Origin: Deltaproteobacteria bacterium
Lineage (GTDB): Bacteria; Desulfobacterota; GWC2-55-46
Reading direction: 5' to 3'
Assembly (NCBI GenBank): GCA_016177845.1
Contig: JACOUO010000011.1
Location: 50,161 to 114,160 of the forward strand
DNA length: 64,000 bases
In this document: positions 29,971-40,374 of the stretch, piece after piece
Position numbering within the stretch: the stretch's first letter is position 1
Layout of the letters: every line of letters begins with the position of its first letter
The notes under the pieces: model-generated
Database searches by the model: none
Seen by the model: only the letters and a program-made list of their open reading frames with translations
What the model was told of the DNA's origin: nothing
Made by a program: the position numbers and the translations under genes

Positions 29971-30098
29971 GCAGGGAGGGCTGTATCCGCCAAATCATCG
30001 TGCCAATTTACTTTTGCGAACAGTGGAGCCCTTCGCGGCATTGGCCCCGTTCACTGTCGAGTCCGTTCGCTAATAGATAAGGGATGCCCGCTCTCTCC
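29971..30098. ncRNA. Candidate structured non-coding RNA of unassigned family
   Basis: GC-rich island in AT-rich intergenic DNA with nested pairings GGGAGGGC/GCTCTCTC, GTATCC/GGATGC, GCGAAC/GTTCGC, AGTGGA/TTCACT and an asymmetric central bubble. Confidence 0.45.
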
Positions 30099-30102
30099 TA
30101 AT

Positions 30103-30302
30103 CAAGCCGTCATTCCCGAATGTCTCTATCGGGAATCCAGTATTAAAGATTTTGGCTGCTCCTTCGTTGGGAAAATACGAAAGGTCGTCATTGTGAGTAA
30201 CCAATCTACAGGCAATCTTCTTTGTCTTTTACAAAACCCCAAGGGCGTTAAAGTTAAAACAGAACCGGGCTATTTTAAATTTAAAAATTACAGATTGCTT
30301 CA
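30103..30302 (-). repeat. Dispersed inverted copy of the 21.6-kb repeat element plus degenerate remnants
   Basis: 30103-30159 is the reverse complement of GCAGCCAAAATCTTTAATACTGGATTCCCGATAGAGACATTCGGGAATGACGGCTTG; degenerate AAGGTCGTCATTGTGAG and ACAGATTGCTTC follow in the forward orientation. Confidence 0.85.
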
Positions 30303-30432
30303 TGGCTAGAGCCCCTTTACACTAACCGCTTTATCCCACTTGCGCAAAATCCTTTTAAAAGATAATATGAATAAAGGCGTAAGTAGTCTAAAACAGTTAA
30401 AATTTCCGGCTCTTTCAGCCGATAGATAAATA

Positions 30433-32052
30433 ATGAATACGACAATCGCTATCTTTAACATATTCGGCGGCATCATGCTCCTCCTCTACGGGATGAGACT
30501 TGCCGGAGAAGGCCTTCAGAGGGCTGCCGGGGCTAAGCTCAGGGGGCTTCTTATCAAGGCAACCGATAACCGCTTCAAGGCTGTCGGGGCAGGTGCGGCA
30601 ATAACAGTCCTTCTTCAGAGCTCAAGCGCAACTACAGTCATGCTTGTCGGCTTTGTCGGATCAGGTCTGATGGGGCTTACCCAGACAATGGGGGTTATCC
30701 TCGGCGCGGATATTGGAACAACACTTACCGTACAGATTATAGCTTTCAAGATTTATAACTATGCGCTTGGGCTTGTGGGCATAGGCATCCTTTCAATGTA
30801 TTCAGGAGGCAAGGGCGGAGGAAAGGATATCGGCCAGGCCCTTGTGGGTTTTGGGTTTGTTTTCTTCGCTTTAAAAATCCTCATTGAGACCTTTGAGCCT
30901 GCCGCCCAAACACCTGCTTTACGGGAGTTCCTCTTAAACATAAGCAAGGACCCCTTTGCAGGCATCATTGTCTCAGCTCTTCTTACCGCGCTATTTCACA
31001 GCAGCGCGGCTACCCTTGGCCTGGCGATAACAGCCGCCCATTCCGGCCTTCTTACGCTGGACGCTGCCATGCCCATAGTGCTTGGCGCAAATATCGGCAC
31101 ATCGTTCACAGCCATTATCTCCAGCATAGGCGCGTCAGTTGACTCAAAAAGAGTTGCGCTTGCCCATGTGCTCTTCAAGGTCTTCGGGGTCTTGATAGTC
31201 ATACCATTTCTTGGTGTTTTCACTCATCTTGTCGGGTTTTCAACGGATGACCTGCCAAGGCAGGTCGCCAATGCACATACATTTTTCAATATTGCCATAA
31301 CTGTCCTTTTCCTGCCGTTCACTGTGCCGTTTACGAACCTTGTCAAATTCCTCATGCCTGAAAGAGAGGGCGCGGTAAGGTTCGGCCCCAAGTACCTTGA
31401 CCCCATAGTCCTGTCCTCACCGACGCTTGCGCTTGTGCAGGCAACGCGGGAGTCTTTAAGGAGCGCGGATATCGTGCAGGAGATGCTTGAAAAATCCATT
31501 GATGTGTATGAGAGGAACGATCTTGAACTCCTTGAAAAGTTAGAGGAAAGGGATGACGATGTCGACCTTCTGGATAGGGAGGTAAAGCTCTATCTTACCA
31601 AGCTTTCAAGGGAAGGGCTTTCAGAGGATCAGGCAAAAAGAGAGCTTGAGATAATGCTCTTTTCAGACAACATGGAAAACATCGGAGATGTGATAGATAA
31701 GAACCTCATGGACATAGCCCGTAAAAAAATAAAGGGAGGGCTGTCCTTCTCCAGGGAAGGGATGCAGGAGATAAGGCTCGTGCACCAGAAGGTCCTGGAG
31801 AACTTCCAGATGGGGGTGGCGGCATTTACAGGGAATGACCCCGAGCTGGCAAGGAGGCTTATCAACCACAAGGTGAAACTTGCCGAGATGGAAAAGGAGT
31901 TCCGCCAGGCGCACATAAACCGCTTGAGGATGGGATACAAGGAATCAATAGACACCAGCGCCATACATCTGGATGTGCTTACGAACCTCAAGAGGATAAA
32001 TTCATATATCACCAATATTGCCTACCCGATACTCGAAAAAGAGAAGGGCTAA
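30433..32052 (+). CDS. Na/Pi cotransporter family protein with PhoU domains
   Basis: LQSSSAT..GADIGTT and HSSAA..GANIGT repeats; C-terminal helical PhoU-like region. Confidence 0.92.
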   Translation: MNTTIAIFNIFGGIMLLLYGMRLAGEGLQRAAGAKLRGLLIKATDNRFKAVGAGAAITVLLQSSSATTVMLVGFVGSGLMGLTQTMGVILGADIGTTLTVQIIAFKIYNYALGLVGIGILSMYSGGKGGGKDIGQALVGFGFVFFALKILIETFEPAAQTPALREFLLNISKDPFAGIIVSALLTALFHSSAATLGLAITAAHSGLLTLDAAMPIVLGANIGTSFTAIISSIGASVDSKRVALAHVLFKVFGVLIVIPFLGVFTHLVGFSTDDLPRQVANAHTFFNIAITVLFLPFTVPFTNLVKFLMPEREGAVRFGPKYLDPIVLSSPTLALVQATRESLRSADIVQEMLEKSIDVYERNDLELLEKLEERDDDVDLLDREVKLYLTKLSREGLSEDQAKRELEIMLFSDNMENIGDVIDKNLMDIARKKIKGGLSFSREGMQEIRLVHQKVLENFQMGVAAFTGNDPELARRLINHKVKLAEMEKEFRQAHINRLRMGYKESIDTSAIHLDVLTNLKRINSYITNIAYPILEKEKG

Positions 32053-32066
32053 AAGAGCCCTTCTCT
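32040..32066. terminator. Hairpin overlapping the stop of the Na/Pi cotransporter gene
   Basis: AGAGAAGGGCT-AAAAG-AGCCCTTCTCT; no clear U tract. Confidence 0.45.
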
Positions 32067-32216
32067 GACATTCCCCTATTAAAAACTCCTGAAATTTGCA
32101 AAATGCCAAGTTGGGGCTATAATCAAAAAGGCCCTAAATCAAAGCCAGCGTTATTTTGCATAATGCCTTGCAAAGCGCAAGCCGATGATATTTCGATATT
32201 ATTTGTAGGCGCTCCA

Positions 32217-32840
32217 ATGTTTTTTAATCTACTGTTAACGGCAATAATGGTAGTTGCTGCAAGCCATATCGACAGCGCAAAGGAGAGCTTTGATAAGCTT
32301 ACTTCCTATACGGTCACGCTCAATTCAAAAAGCTCTGATTCTTCAGAGGAGATAAAATACTATTTTAAAAAGCCGGGCCTTGTCAGGATGGAGTTTATCG
32401 AGCCCCATAAAGGCGCTGTGCTTGTATATAACCCACATACAAAAAGGGTAAAGTTAAGGCCTTTTGGGTTTTTCAAGCCCTTTGTAATGGATTTAAGCCC
32501 TGAGGACAGGCTTGTAAAAAGCTCCAAAGGACATACGGTAGATGAATCTGATCTTGGCGCTCTCCTGAAAGCGGCTGATGAGCTTGCCAAAAACGGCAAG
32601 ACAGAGGAGAAAGGCGAAGAGGCCATAGGGCAGAGGCATGCGGCGCTTGTCCGCATAGAAGGCGGGCCGGGCAAGGCTGTAGGAGGAGTGCACGCCTATA
32701 ACATCTGGTTTGATAAGAAAACCGGTCTTCCGATAAAAGCGGAATCATTCGATAGCAACGGGAAATTGATAGAAAAAGTAGTGATGGACGACCTTGAGGT
32801 GAATCCAACATTGCCGGATGAGCTTTTTGATATAGGCTGA
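32217..32840 (+). CDS. Exported LolA-like / outer-membrane lipoprotein-sorting fold protein
   Basis: Short hydrophobic N-terminus; YFKKPG.VRME..P, IWFD..TGLP.K.E, NP.LPD.LF pattern. Confidence 0.6.
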   Translation: MFFNLLLTAIMVVAASHIDSAKESFDKLTSYTVTLNSKSSDSSEEIKYYFKKPGLVRMEFIEPHKGAVLVYNPHTKRVKLRPFGFFKPFVMDLSPEDRLVKSSKGHTVDESDLGALLKAADELAKNGKTEEKGEEAIGQRHAALVRIEGGPGKAVGGVHAYNIWFDKKTGLPIKAESFDSNGKLIEKVVMDDLEVNPTLPDELFDIG

Positions 32841-32864
32841 CTTGGCTTGATTAGGAGGTTTTTC

Positions 32865-33257
32865 ATGAGCAGATACGGTTTATCAAGAAAACTCACCATG
32901 GCTTATGACGAGGCTGTTGAAAAGGCCCGTATCGCGCTTGCGAATGAAGGTTTCGGAATTCTCTCGGAGATAAATGTGACCGAGACCATCAGGCAGAAGC
33001 TTGAAAAGGATTTTAGAAAGTATTTGATAATCGGCACCTGTAATCCTCAGATAGCTTACAAGGCCTTTACGGTAGAGACTGAAATTGGCCTTTTAATGCC
33101 CTGTAACCTCATCGTATATGAGAACGATGAAGGCGGTTGCACAGTATCCGCAGTTGACCCGGTTATCGCAATGTCGATGATAGAGAACCCCGCGCTTGCC
33201 CTTATCGCCAAGGAAGTCCGGGAGAGGATGGAAAAAATCATAACCAGCCTTAATTGA
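32865..33257 (+). CDS. DUF302 domain protein
   Basis: L..EGFGIL..I, Y.IIG.CNP..A, IGLLMPCN..VYE, VSAVDP; AGGAGG before MSRYG. Confidence 0.85.
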   Translation: MSRYGLSRKLTMAYDEAVEKARIALANEGFGILSEINVTETIRQKLEKDFRKYLIIGTCNPQIAYKAFTVETEIGLLMPCNLIVYENDEGGCTVSAVDPVIAMSMIENPALALIAKEVRERMEKIITSLN

Positions 33258-33417
33258 TACCGGACCTTTTTTCAGGTTATCTGGTATAATTTCACCATGT
33301 TGACCTCAGACCTCAAAAATCCCCAAATAAAGTTCGCTCCTGCTGAATTATTTCACCTAAGCCCTGAATTTCAATTAAATCTGCTGATAAGAGATCATCT
33401 TTTCTACCCGAGGGTTT

Positions 33418-34803
33418 ATGCGAAGATATGATGTACTTGTAATAGGCTCAGGCCCTGGCGGGCAAAAGGCCGCTATTCAGGCCTCAAAGCTCGGTAAAAG
33501 CGTTGCGATAATCGAACGCCAGCCCTACATCGGAGGCGCGGGGCTTAATACAGGCACGCTGCCGTCAAAGACTCTCAGGGAGACTGCGCTTTTCTTCTCC
33601 GGCTTCAAGCAGAGGGCGATATTCGGGCAGTTTACGCTTGGCAGGGATATAAAGCTCAGCGAACTCATGCACAGGAAGTCTGAAGTCATAAGAAATCAGA
33701 TGGAAGTCATTATCGACCAGTTCAACAGGAACAATGTTGAGATAATCTATGGTGAGGCTTCGTTCCTCGACAAGAACAGGCTGCTTGTGAGAGGTGCAGC
33801 AGGCGCGAGTGAAGAACTCTACGGTGAAGTCATACTTATAGCGACAGGCACACGACCGGCGCGTCCTGCTGATGTGCCGTTTGACAGCGAGCATATCCAT
33901 GACAGCGATTCGATACTGACCCTTGATAAAATCCCTGCGAATCTTACAATAGTTGGCGGAGGGGTAATCGGGTGCGAGTATGCCTGCATCTTTGCCGCCT
34001 TGGGGGTGAAGATAAACCTTGTGGAGAAAAAGGCGAGACTACTTTCATTTGCTGATGAGGAGATTGTCACAAGCCTTATGTACTGGATGAGGCACTCGGG
34101 AATCACCTTGCGGCTTAATGAGGAAGTTGTCGATATCAAGATAGAAAGCAAGGGGAGGGTTGTAACCCAGCTTAAAAGCGGCAAGACGATAGTATCTGAA
34201 AAGCTCCTCTATACCATGGGCAGGGTGGGTAATACTGACAGGCTCAACCTTGACGCCATCGGACTTAAGGCTGATGACAGAGGGCTTCTTAAGGTAAATG
34301 AGAGCTTTCAGACCCCTGTTCCGAATATCTACGCCATAGGAGATGTGATAGGTTTTCCCTCACTTGCTTCAACATCAATGGAGCAGGGCAGAAGGGCGGC
34401 TTGCCACGCGTTCCAGAAGGAAAGTCTCACCTGCGAGGTAATGGAATTCATTCCGCTCGGGATTTATACCATCCCTGAGATATCGATGGTGGGGGCGACA
34501 GAGGACGACCTGACGGCAAAAGGAGTGCCTTACGAAGTGGGGGTTGCTTATTTTCAGGAGGTTGCCAGAGGACAGATAATAGGCGATGTCCACGGCATGG
34601 TAAAGCTTATATTCAACAGGCAGACAAGACAGCTCCTCGGCACGCACATAATCGGGGAGAAGGCTTCAGAGCTTATACATATAGGCCAGGCTGTGATGAA
34701 CTACGGAGGGCCGGTCGATTATTTCAAGGATGTTGTATTTAACTATCCTACCTTGTCAGACGCTTATAAAGAGGCTGCGCTAAATGGTTTGAATAAACTG
34801 TAA
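33418..34803 (+). CDS. sthA: Soluble pyridine nucleotide transhydrogenase
   Basis: GSGPGG, GGAGLNTGTLPSK lacking the redox CxxxxC, GDVIGFPSLAS, FNYPTL. Confidence 0.88.
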   Translation: MRRYDVLVIGSGPGGQKAAIQASKLGKSVAIIERQPYIGGAGLNTGTLPSKTLRETALFFSGFKQRAIFGQFTLGRDIKLSELMHRKSEVIRNQMEVIIDQFNRNNVEIIYGEASFLDKNRLLVRGAAGASEELYGEVILIATGTRPARPADVPFDSEHIHDSDSILTLDKIPANLTIVGGGVIGCEYACIFAALGVKINLVEKKARLLSFADEEIVTSLMYWMRHSGITLRLNEEVVDIKIESKGRVVTQLKSGKTIVSEKLLYTMGRVGNTDRLNLDAIGLKADDRGLLKVNESFQTPVPNIYAIGDVIGFPSLASTSMEQGRRAACHAFQKESLTCEVMEFIPLGIYTIPEISMVGATEDDLTAKGVPYEVGVAYFQEVARGQIIGDVHGMVKLIFNRQTRQLLGTHIIGEKASELIHIGQAVMNYGGPVDYFKDVVFNYPTLSDAYKEAALNGLNKL

Positions 34804-34833
34804 AGGACTGAATGTCTAAGGAGGCAGAAGGTT

Positions 34834-35262
34834 ATGGAACCGCGCATCTCGTTGATAACTTTAGGTGTCGAGGACCTGGAGAGGTCATATAGATTCTATA
34901 AAGACGGCCTTGGGCTTCCCACAACATGGAGCCCTGAGAAAGGCGTTATCTTCTTCAAGACCCGCGGGACCTGCCTTGCCTTATATCCCTTTGACAAATT
35001 AGCCGAAGATGTAAATCCGGCCCTTAAAGTGGAAAAACCAAAGTTTTCAGGTATTGCGCTTGCTTACAACACGAGGACAAAAGGCGAGGTCGAGGAGGTT
35101 TTGGAAAAGGCAAAAAGAGCGGGCGGTAAAATTGAAAAGCCTGCGCAGAATGCCTTTTGGGGAGGATACAGCGGTTACTTCTCAGACCCAGACGGATATC
35201 TATGGGAAGTGGCCTACGGAGCTTTCGAATTCAATGAGGATGGGAGCCTGGCGATTACTTAA
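34834..35262 (+). CDS. VOC/glyoxalase family protein
   Basis: ISLITLGV.DL..S..FY, FWGGYSGYF.DPDG.LWEVA. Confidence 0.88.
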   Translation: MEPRISLITLGVEDLERSYRFYKDGLGLPTTWSPEKGVIFFKTRGTCLALYPFDKLAEDVNPALKVEKPKFSGIALAYNTRTKGEVEEVLEKAKRAGGKIEKPAQNAFWGGYSGYFSDPDGYLWEVAYGAFEFNEDGSLAIT

Positions 35263-35340
35263 GGGGGAACCTCCTGTTGACAGAATTTTTTATCATAGCC
35301 ATAATTAGATATAGTGAAAAAAATACAAAGGTTTAAGGAA

Positions 35341-36003
35341 ATGAACACATCCGAGAAGATTGTTAATATACATGTCGGAGAGGTAACGCTTGAAGGCGCG
35401 CTTTCCCTTGTCAAAGGCTCAAAGGGAATCGTTTTATTTGCCCACGGGAGCGGCAGCAGCCGCCACAGCCCAAGGAATAATTATGTGGCCGAGGTATTGA
35501 GAAAAGCCGGTTTAAGCACGCTTCTTATGGATTTGCTCACTCGCGAAGAGGATTTTGACTACAGGACACGGTTTGACATAGACCTTCTTGCCGGAAGGCT
35601 CGAAGGGGCGACTATCTGGCTCACTGCTCAGGAAAAGACGAGGGATTTAAAGATAGGCTACTTTGGCGCAAGCACAGGGGCTGCGGCAGCGATAAAAGCC
35701 GCAGTAAGCATGCCTGAGAGAATAGGCGCAGTCGTCTCAAGGGGAGGAAGGCCTGACATGGCTGAAGCTGAGCTTCCTGAAATCAAAGCCCCGACCCTTT
35801 TCATAGTTGGCGGAAGGGATGATGTGGTAATCGAACTTAACAGGATGGCTTTTAAACAGCTTAGAGTGCCGGTAAAAGAGATGGTAATCGTGCCGGGCGC
35901 AACTCATCTTTTTGAAGAGCCAGGAACGCTTGAAGAAGTAGCAAACCTTGCAGCCCACTGGTTCAAGAGATATCTGGACATGGAAAGCAGAAAGGTTGCC
36001 TGA
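35341..36003 (+). CDS. Alpha/beta hydrolase (dienelactone hydrolase-like)
   Basis: FAHGSGSSRHSPRN, GYFGASTG, SRGGRPD, GATHLFEE. Confidence 0.85.
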   Translation: MNTSEKIVNIHVGEVTLEGALSLVKGSKGIVLFAHGSGSSRHSPRNNYVAEVLRKAGLSTLLMDLLTREEDFDYRTRFDIDLLAGRLEGATIWLTAQEKTRDLKIGYFGASTGAAAAIKAAVSMPERIGAVVSRGGRPDMAEAELPEIKAPTLFIVGGRDDVVIELNRMAFKQLRVPVKEMVIVPGATHLFEEPGTLEEVANLAAHWFKRYLDMESRKVA

Positions 36004-36006
36004 ATG

Positions 36007-36030
36007 ATTCCCCTCTCCCACAGAGGGGAT
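36007..36030. terminator. Hairpin between convergent genes
   Basis: TCCCCTCT-CCCAC-AGAGGGGA. Confidence 0.5.
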
Positions 36031-36071
36031 TAAATACTGATTGCTTCAGTTTGTTAGCAAATGATTTTTTC

Positions 36072-37055
36072 TCACGCCTTTTCATATATCCCTGCCACAT
36101 ATTTTCCGTACCCGTTATATTTTATCGTCGGCACCCGTTCATCCGTATCTATAATCCTTTCCGTAGCCTGTGACCATCTCGGGTGGGGGACATCGGGGTT
36201 TACATTCGCAAGAAAGTCATATTCATTCGGCACTACCGTATTCCAGAATGTGGCAGGTTGTTTATCCGTGAATTCGATTTTGACGATTGATTTGATGCTC
36301 TTGAAGCCGTACTTCCAGGGGACTACAAGGCGGATAGGCGCGCCGTGCTGTTTCGGAAGCTCATGTCCGTAAATGCCTGTGGCAAGGAACGCCAGTTCAT
36401 TTGTTGCCTCTGCCATTGAGAGGCCTTCGTTATAAGGCCACGGATGCCAGAACTTATACTTCTGCTGAGGCGCCCAGTCCTTATTCAGGAATGTCTGGAA
36501 CCTGATATATTTCGCTGAAGAAAGCGGCTTTACCTTTTTGATGAACTCAGCCATTGAAAACCCTGTCCACGGCACTGCCATTGCCCACGCCTCTACGCAG
36601 CGGAGCCTGTAGAGCCTTTCCTCAAGCGGCATTTCTTTTACAAGCCTGTCAATGTCATAGACCTGCGGTTTTTCAACAAGGCCTGTTACCTCGACAGTCC
36701 AGGGCCTGACCTCCATCTTATCGACATTCCTCCATACGCTTTTGCCTGATGAGAATTCGTAGAAGTTGTTGTATTTGCCTGCCACCTTCTCATCGGTCAA
36801 TGGCCTGTTCAGGGTATATTTTTCATTTTTTTTCGCTGGATAAAGGTTTGAGGTCGGCGTTTCAGGTACTTTTATCATCTCTTCTTTTCTCTTCCCGAAT
36901 ATATCGATGAGGCTTCCCGTTCCTGTAAAGAGCACACCGGCGCTTAGCGTGTAAAGCCCTGCCTTTTTTACGAACTGCCGCCTGTTGAGGTACATATCCT
37001 CAGGGGTGGCTTGGCTTTCGGGAATGTGCCATGGTTTTTTCTTTTTGATGAACAT
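36072..37055 (-). CDS. msrP: Periplasmic methionine sulfoxide reductase catalytic subunit (Mo-pterin)
   Basis: TPE..YLNRRQF Tat motif, YNNFYEF, RCVEAW, GAPIRLVVPWKYGFKSIK, HPRWSQA. Confidence 0.93.
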   Translation of the reverse strand: MFIKKKKPWHIPESQATPEDMYLNRRQFVKKAGLYTLSAGVLFTGTGSLIDIFGKRKEEMIKVPETPTSNLYPAKKNEKYTLNRPLTDEKVAGKYNNFYEFSSGKSVWRNVDKMEVRPWTVEVTGLVEKPQVYDIDRLVKEMPLEERLYRLRCVEAWAMAVPWTGFSMAEFIKKVKPLSSAKYIRFQTFLNKDWAPQQKYKFWHPWPYNEGLSMAEATNELAFLATGIYGHELPKQHGAPIRLVVPWKYGFKSIKSIVKIEFTDKQPATFWNTVVPNEYDFLANVNPDVPHPRWSQATERIIDTDERVPTIKYNGYGKYVAGIYEKA

Positions 37056-37212
37056 ATCAAACCTCCCGGCTCGAAAGTTTCGAATCTGCGTAATACATAA
37101 TAAAAGTATAACGGACTTATCCTTTTTTACAAACGCGTCTGCCTGCGGTCAATATTTATGCTGTTATAATTATATGGTTACCAGTTCTGTCCAACCTTAA
37201 TCAAGGGGTCAT

Positions 37213-38397
37213 ATGAGAATAATTTCATACAGGCTCGCATTTTTCTTTTTATTCCTATTGTTTTCCATCTCATCACCTGCTTTTTCAGAAGAACTCCGGA
37301 TTGAAACAAAAACAGTTAAATTAATAGTCCCGCAGAAATTTAACAAGAAGCCTTTCAATACGGAAAGGACGCTTACGGCACCAAAGGGTTTCAGGATCTC
37401 CGTATTCGCTGCAGGCCTTGGCAATGTTAGATTCATGGCGGTAGATTCTGAGGGTTTTATTTACGCAAGCGTGCCTGATGAAGGAAAGGTGCTGGTTCTG
37501 CCTGATAAGGACAAGGACGGGGTGGCTGACAGCGTAATCATTTTTGCAAAAGGGCTAAGCAGGCCTCACGGGCTTGCGTTCAGAGGCAGGGACTTGATAG
37601 TGGCTGAGACAAATAAGCTTACGCTCCTTCGGGATGATAACGGAGATTTGAAGGCTGAAGTGAAAAAAGTGATTACGGAAGAGATCCCCGGAGGTGGCGG
37701 TCACTGGACGCGCACAGTCGTAATCGGCCCTGATAAGAAATTATATGTGTCTGCCGGTTCAAGCTGTAACGCATGCATCGAGAGCGACCAAAGAAGGGCG
37801 GCGATTTTAAGATTCCCTGAAGGCGATATCTTTGCGAAAGGGCTTCGCAACAGCGTCGGTATTGCCTTTCACCCTGATTCCGGTGAACTATGGACAGTTG
37901 ATAATGGCAGGGATATGCTCGGAGATGAGATACCTCCTGAGGAGTTGAATAAAGTCCTTGAAGGAGGGGATTACGGCTGGCCTTATTGCTACGGCGACAG
38001 GGTGCCTGACCCAGAGTTCGGCTCACCTGAAAGGTGCAAGGAGACGCTTGCCCCTGTAATAAAGATGCAGGCGCACTCCGCACCGCTTGGGATGGCGTTC
38101 GGCTACGGGCTCGATTTTCCGCAGGAGTATAAAAAGATGCTCTATGTAGCCTTTCACGGCTCTTGGAACAGGACAATACCTACCGGGTATAAGCTCGTGG
38201 GCATACCTTTCAAGAACGGCAAGCCCTCAGGAGAGGTGGTGGATATAATAACAGGGTGGATGAAAGACGGGGATGTATGGGGCAGGCCTGTAGCGCCCCT
38301 TGTAGGCAAAGACGGCGCGCTTTACCTTTCAGACGATTCTGCGGGAGCCATATATAAAATCAGCAGGAACGAACAAAACTCGAAAAAGAACAGATAG
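37213..38397 (+). CDS. Secreted glucose/sorbosone dehydrogenase-like beta-propeller
   Basis: Signal peptide, GHWTR, GSSCNAC, GLRN, YGWPYC, HSAPLG, HGSWNR, GRP. Confidence 0.85.
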   Translation: MRIISYRLAFFFLFLLFSISSPAFSEELRIETKTVKLIVPQKFNKKPFNTERTLTAPKGFRISVFAAGLGNVRFMAVDSEGFIYASVPDEGKVLVLPDKDKDGVADSVIIFAKGLSRPHGLAFRGRDLIVAETNKLTLLRDDNGDLKAEVKKVITEEIPGGGGHWTRTVVIGPDKKLYVSAGSSCNACIESDQRRAAILRFPEGDIFAKGLRNSVGIAFHPDSGELWTVDNGRDMLGDEIPPEELNKVLEGGDYGWPYCYGDRVPDPEFGSPERCKETLAPVIKMQAHSAPLGMAFGYGLDFPQEYKKMLYVAFHGSWNRTIPTGYKLVGIPFKNGKPSGEVVDIITGWMKDGDVWGRPVAPLVGKDGALYLSDDSAGAIYKISRNEQNSKKNR

Positions 38398-38402
38398 GTG
38401 AA

Positions 38403-38431
38403 AGCGGGCTTTTCTTTTTGAAAAGCCCGCT
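38403..38431. terminator. Probable bidirectional terminator hairpin
   Basis: AGCGGGCTTTTC-loop-GAAAAGCCCGCT between convergent genes. Confidence 0.7.
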
Positions 38432-38439
38432 CAACAGTT

Positions 38440-40374
38440 TTATAAGGAGATTGTCTTTTTAAATATTGATACGGAAAGGGGAGGAAGCGTCATATTGAGC
38501 GAGAACGGCCTTTTATGGTCGGGTATGTTCTCGGCTGTGAGGCCGCCTTTATTGCCTTTGCCGCTTCCGCCGTACTCAAGGGCGTCGCTGTTCAAGAGCT
38601 CATGCCACCAGCCGTCAACAGGCACACCTATCCTGTAGTTTTCCCTGTACATAGGGGTGAGATTGCAGACCACAAGGATTATGTCCTTTGTGTTCCTGCC
38701 CTTTCTGATAAAGCTGATTACGCTGTCCTCCCAGTCATGGAAGTCTATCCATTCAAATCCTTCGTTCTCAAAATCAAGCTCATAGAGGGCAGGTTCAGCC
38801 CTGTAGAGGTGGTTTAAGTCCTTTACCCACTTCTGCAGCCCGCTGTGATAGCCGAATTGGATGACATGCCATTCCAGGCTTTCATCGTGCGACCATTCCT
38901 TTACCTGTCCGAACTCGCCGCCCATGAAAAGGAGCTTTTTGCCGGGGTGCCCGTACATGTAGCCGAAAAGGAGCCTTAAGTTTGCGAACCTCTGCCATTC
39001 ATCGCCGGGCATCTTTCCTATGAGCGAGCCTTTGCCGTGGACTACCTCATCATGCGAAAGCGGAAGTATGAAGTTCTCAAAAAAAGCATACCAGATGCTG
39101 AATGTAAGCTGGTTATGGTAGAATTTCCTGAATATAGGGTCCTTTGTGAAGTATTTTAAAGTATCGTGCATCCATCCCATGTTCCACTTCATGCCAAAGC
39201 CAAGGCCGCCTAAATAAGTCGGCTTTGATACCATCGGCCATGCGGTGGATTCCTCAGCGAAGGTCTGCACATCGGGGTGCTCCTGATATATTGCTTCGTT
39301 AAGCTGCTTGATGAAGCTTATCGCTTCGATATTTTCCCTTCCGCCGTACTCATTGGGTATCCATTCGCCTTCTTTCCTTGAGTAGTCAAGGTAGAGCATT
39401 GAGGCGACCGCATCTACCCTGATGCCGTCCACATGGAACTTGTCCAGCCAGAAAAGCGCGCTGCTGATGAGGAACGACCTCACTTCATTCCTGCCGTAGT
39501 TGAAAATATAGCTGCCCCAGTCAGGATGATAGCCCTTGCGCGAGTCCGAATGCTCAAAGAGGTGGGTGCCGTCAAAGTAGCTGAGCCCGTACTCATCTGT
39601 GGGGAAGTGCGAGGGCACCCAGTCGAGTATTACGCCAATACCATTTTGATGAAGATGGTCAACCATGTACATGAAGTCCTGGGGAGTTCCGAACCTGCTT
39701 GTAGGGGCAAAGTAGCCTACGGTCTGGTAGCCCCATGAGCCAAAAAACGGGTGTTCCATTACAGGCAGGAACTCGACATGGGTAAAGCCCATCTCCTTTG
39801 CGTATTGCGCCAGATAATGCCCCATCTCCCTGTAGTTAAGGAACCTGTTGCCTTCCTCAGGCACGCGCCTCCAGGAGCCGAGGTGTACCTCATATATCGA
39901 CATGGGGGCGTGCAGCGAGTTATTATTGTGCCTGTGCTGCATCCATTCCCAGTCATTCCATTCATAGCTTAAGTCCCATACTACAGAGGCTGTCTTGGGC
40001 GGATGCTCCCAGAAAAAGGCGAATGGGTCGCCTTTCTGTACCATGTAGCCGTGGTACCTTGAAGTTATATGGTATTTGTAAAGCGTGCCGTTGCCAAGGC
40101 CGGGCATAAACCCTTCCCATATGCCTGACCAGTCGTCACGCACTCTGAGTTGATGACTGTCCTTGTTCCAGCCGTTGAAGTCGCCTATGACAGAGACTCG
40201 CTCGGCATTAGGGGCCCAAACAGCGAAGTGCGTTCCCGTAACGCCGTTTACGGTGGTAAGGTGGGCGCCAAGCTTGTTGTAGAGCTTGAAGTGATTGCCC
40301 TCTTTGAAGAAGTAGATGTCGTGGTCTGAGATATGCGTCAGGTCTTCATGGACTATGGAATTCATCGTAGGCAT
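38440..40374 (-). CDS. glgB: 1,4-alpha-glucan branching enzyme
   Basis: [50 protein letters not shown]; start tentatively at MPTMN. Confidence 0.96.
   Translation of the reverse strand: MPTMNSIVHEDLTHISDHDIYFFKEGNHFKLYNKLGAHLTTVNGVTGTHFAVWAPNAERVSVIGDFNGWNKDSHQLRVRDDWSGIWEGFMPGLGNGTLYKYHITSRYHGYMVQKGDPFAFFWEHPPKTASVVWDLSYEWNDWEWMQHRHNNNSLHAPMSIYEVHLGSWRRVPEEGNRFLNYREMGHYLAQYAKEMGFTHVEFLPVMEHPFFGSWGYQTVGYFAPTSRFGTPQDFMYMVDHLHQNGIGVILDWVPSHFPTDEYGLSYFDGTHLFEHSDSRKGYHPDWGSYIFNYGRNEVRSFLISSALFWLDKFHVDGIRVDAVASMLYLDYSRKEGEWIPNEYGGRENIEAISFIKQLNEAIYQEHPDVQTFAEESTAWPMVSKPTYLGGLGFGMKWNMGWMHDTLKYFTKDPIFRKFYHNQLTFSIWYAFFENFILPLSHDEVVHGKGSLIGKMPGDEWQRFANLRLLFGYMYGHPGKKLLFMGGEFGQVKEWSHDESLEWHVIQFGYHSGLQKWVKDLNHLYRAEPALYELDFENEGFEWIDFHDWEDSVISFIRKGRNTKDIILVVCNLTPMYRENYRIGVPVDGWWHELLNSDALEYGGSGKGNKGGLTAENIPDHKRPFSLNMTLPPLSVSIFKKTISL

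Noticed and set aside
29989-30006. Functional sigma54 promoter for eno
   Set aside because: The -24 box is perfect but the GC is 12 nt, not 10 nt, from the GG; sigma54 spacing is strict.
33418-34803. E3 (dihydrolipoamide dehydrogenase) partner for the E1 pair
   Set aside because: It lacks the redox-active CxxxxC and has transhydrogenase-type motifs (FNYPTL).
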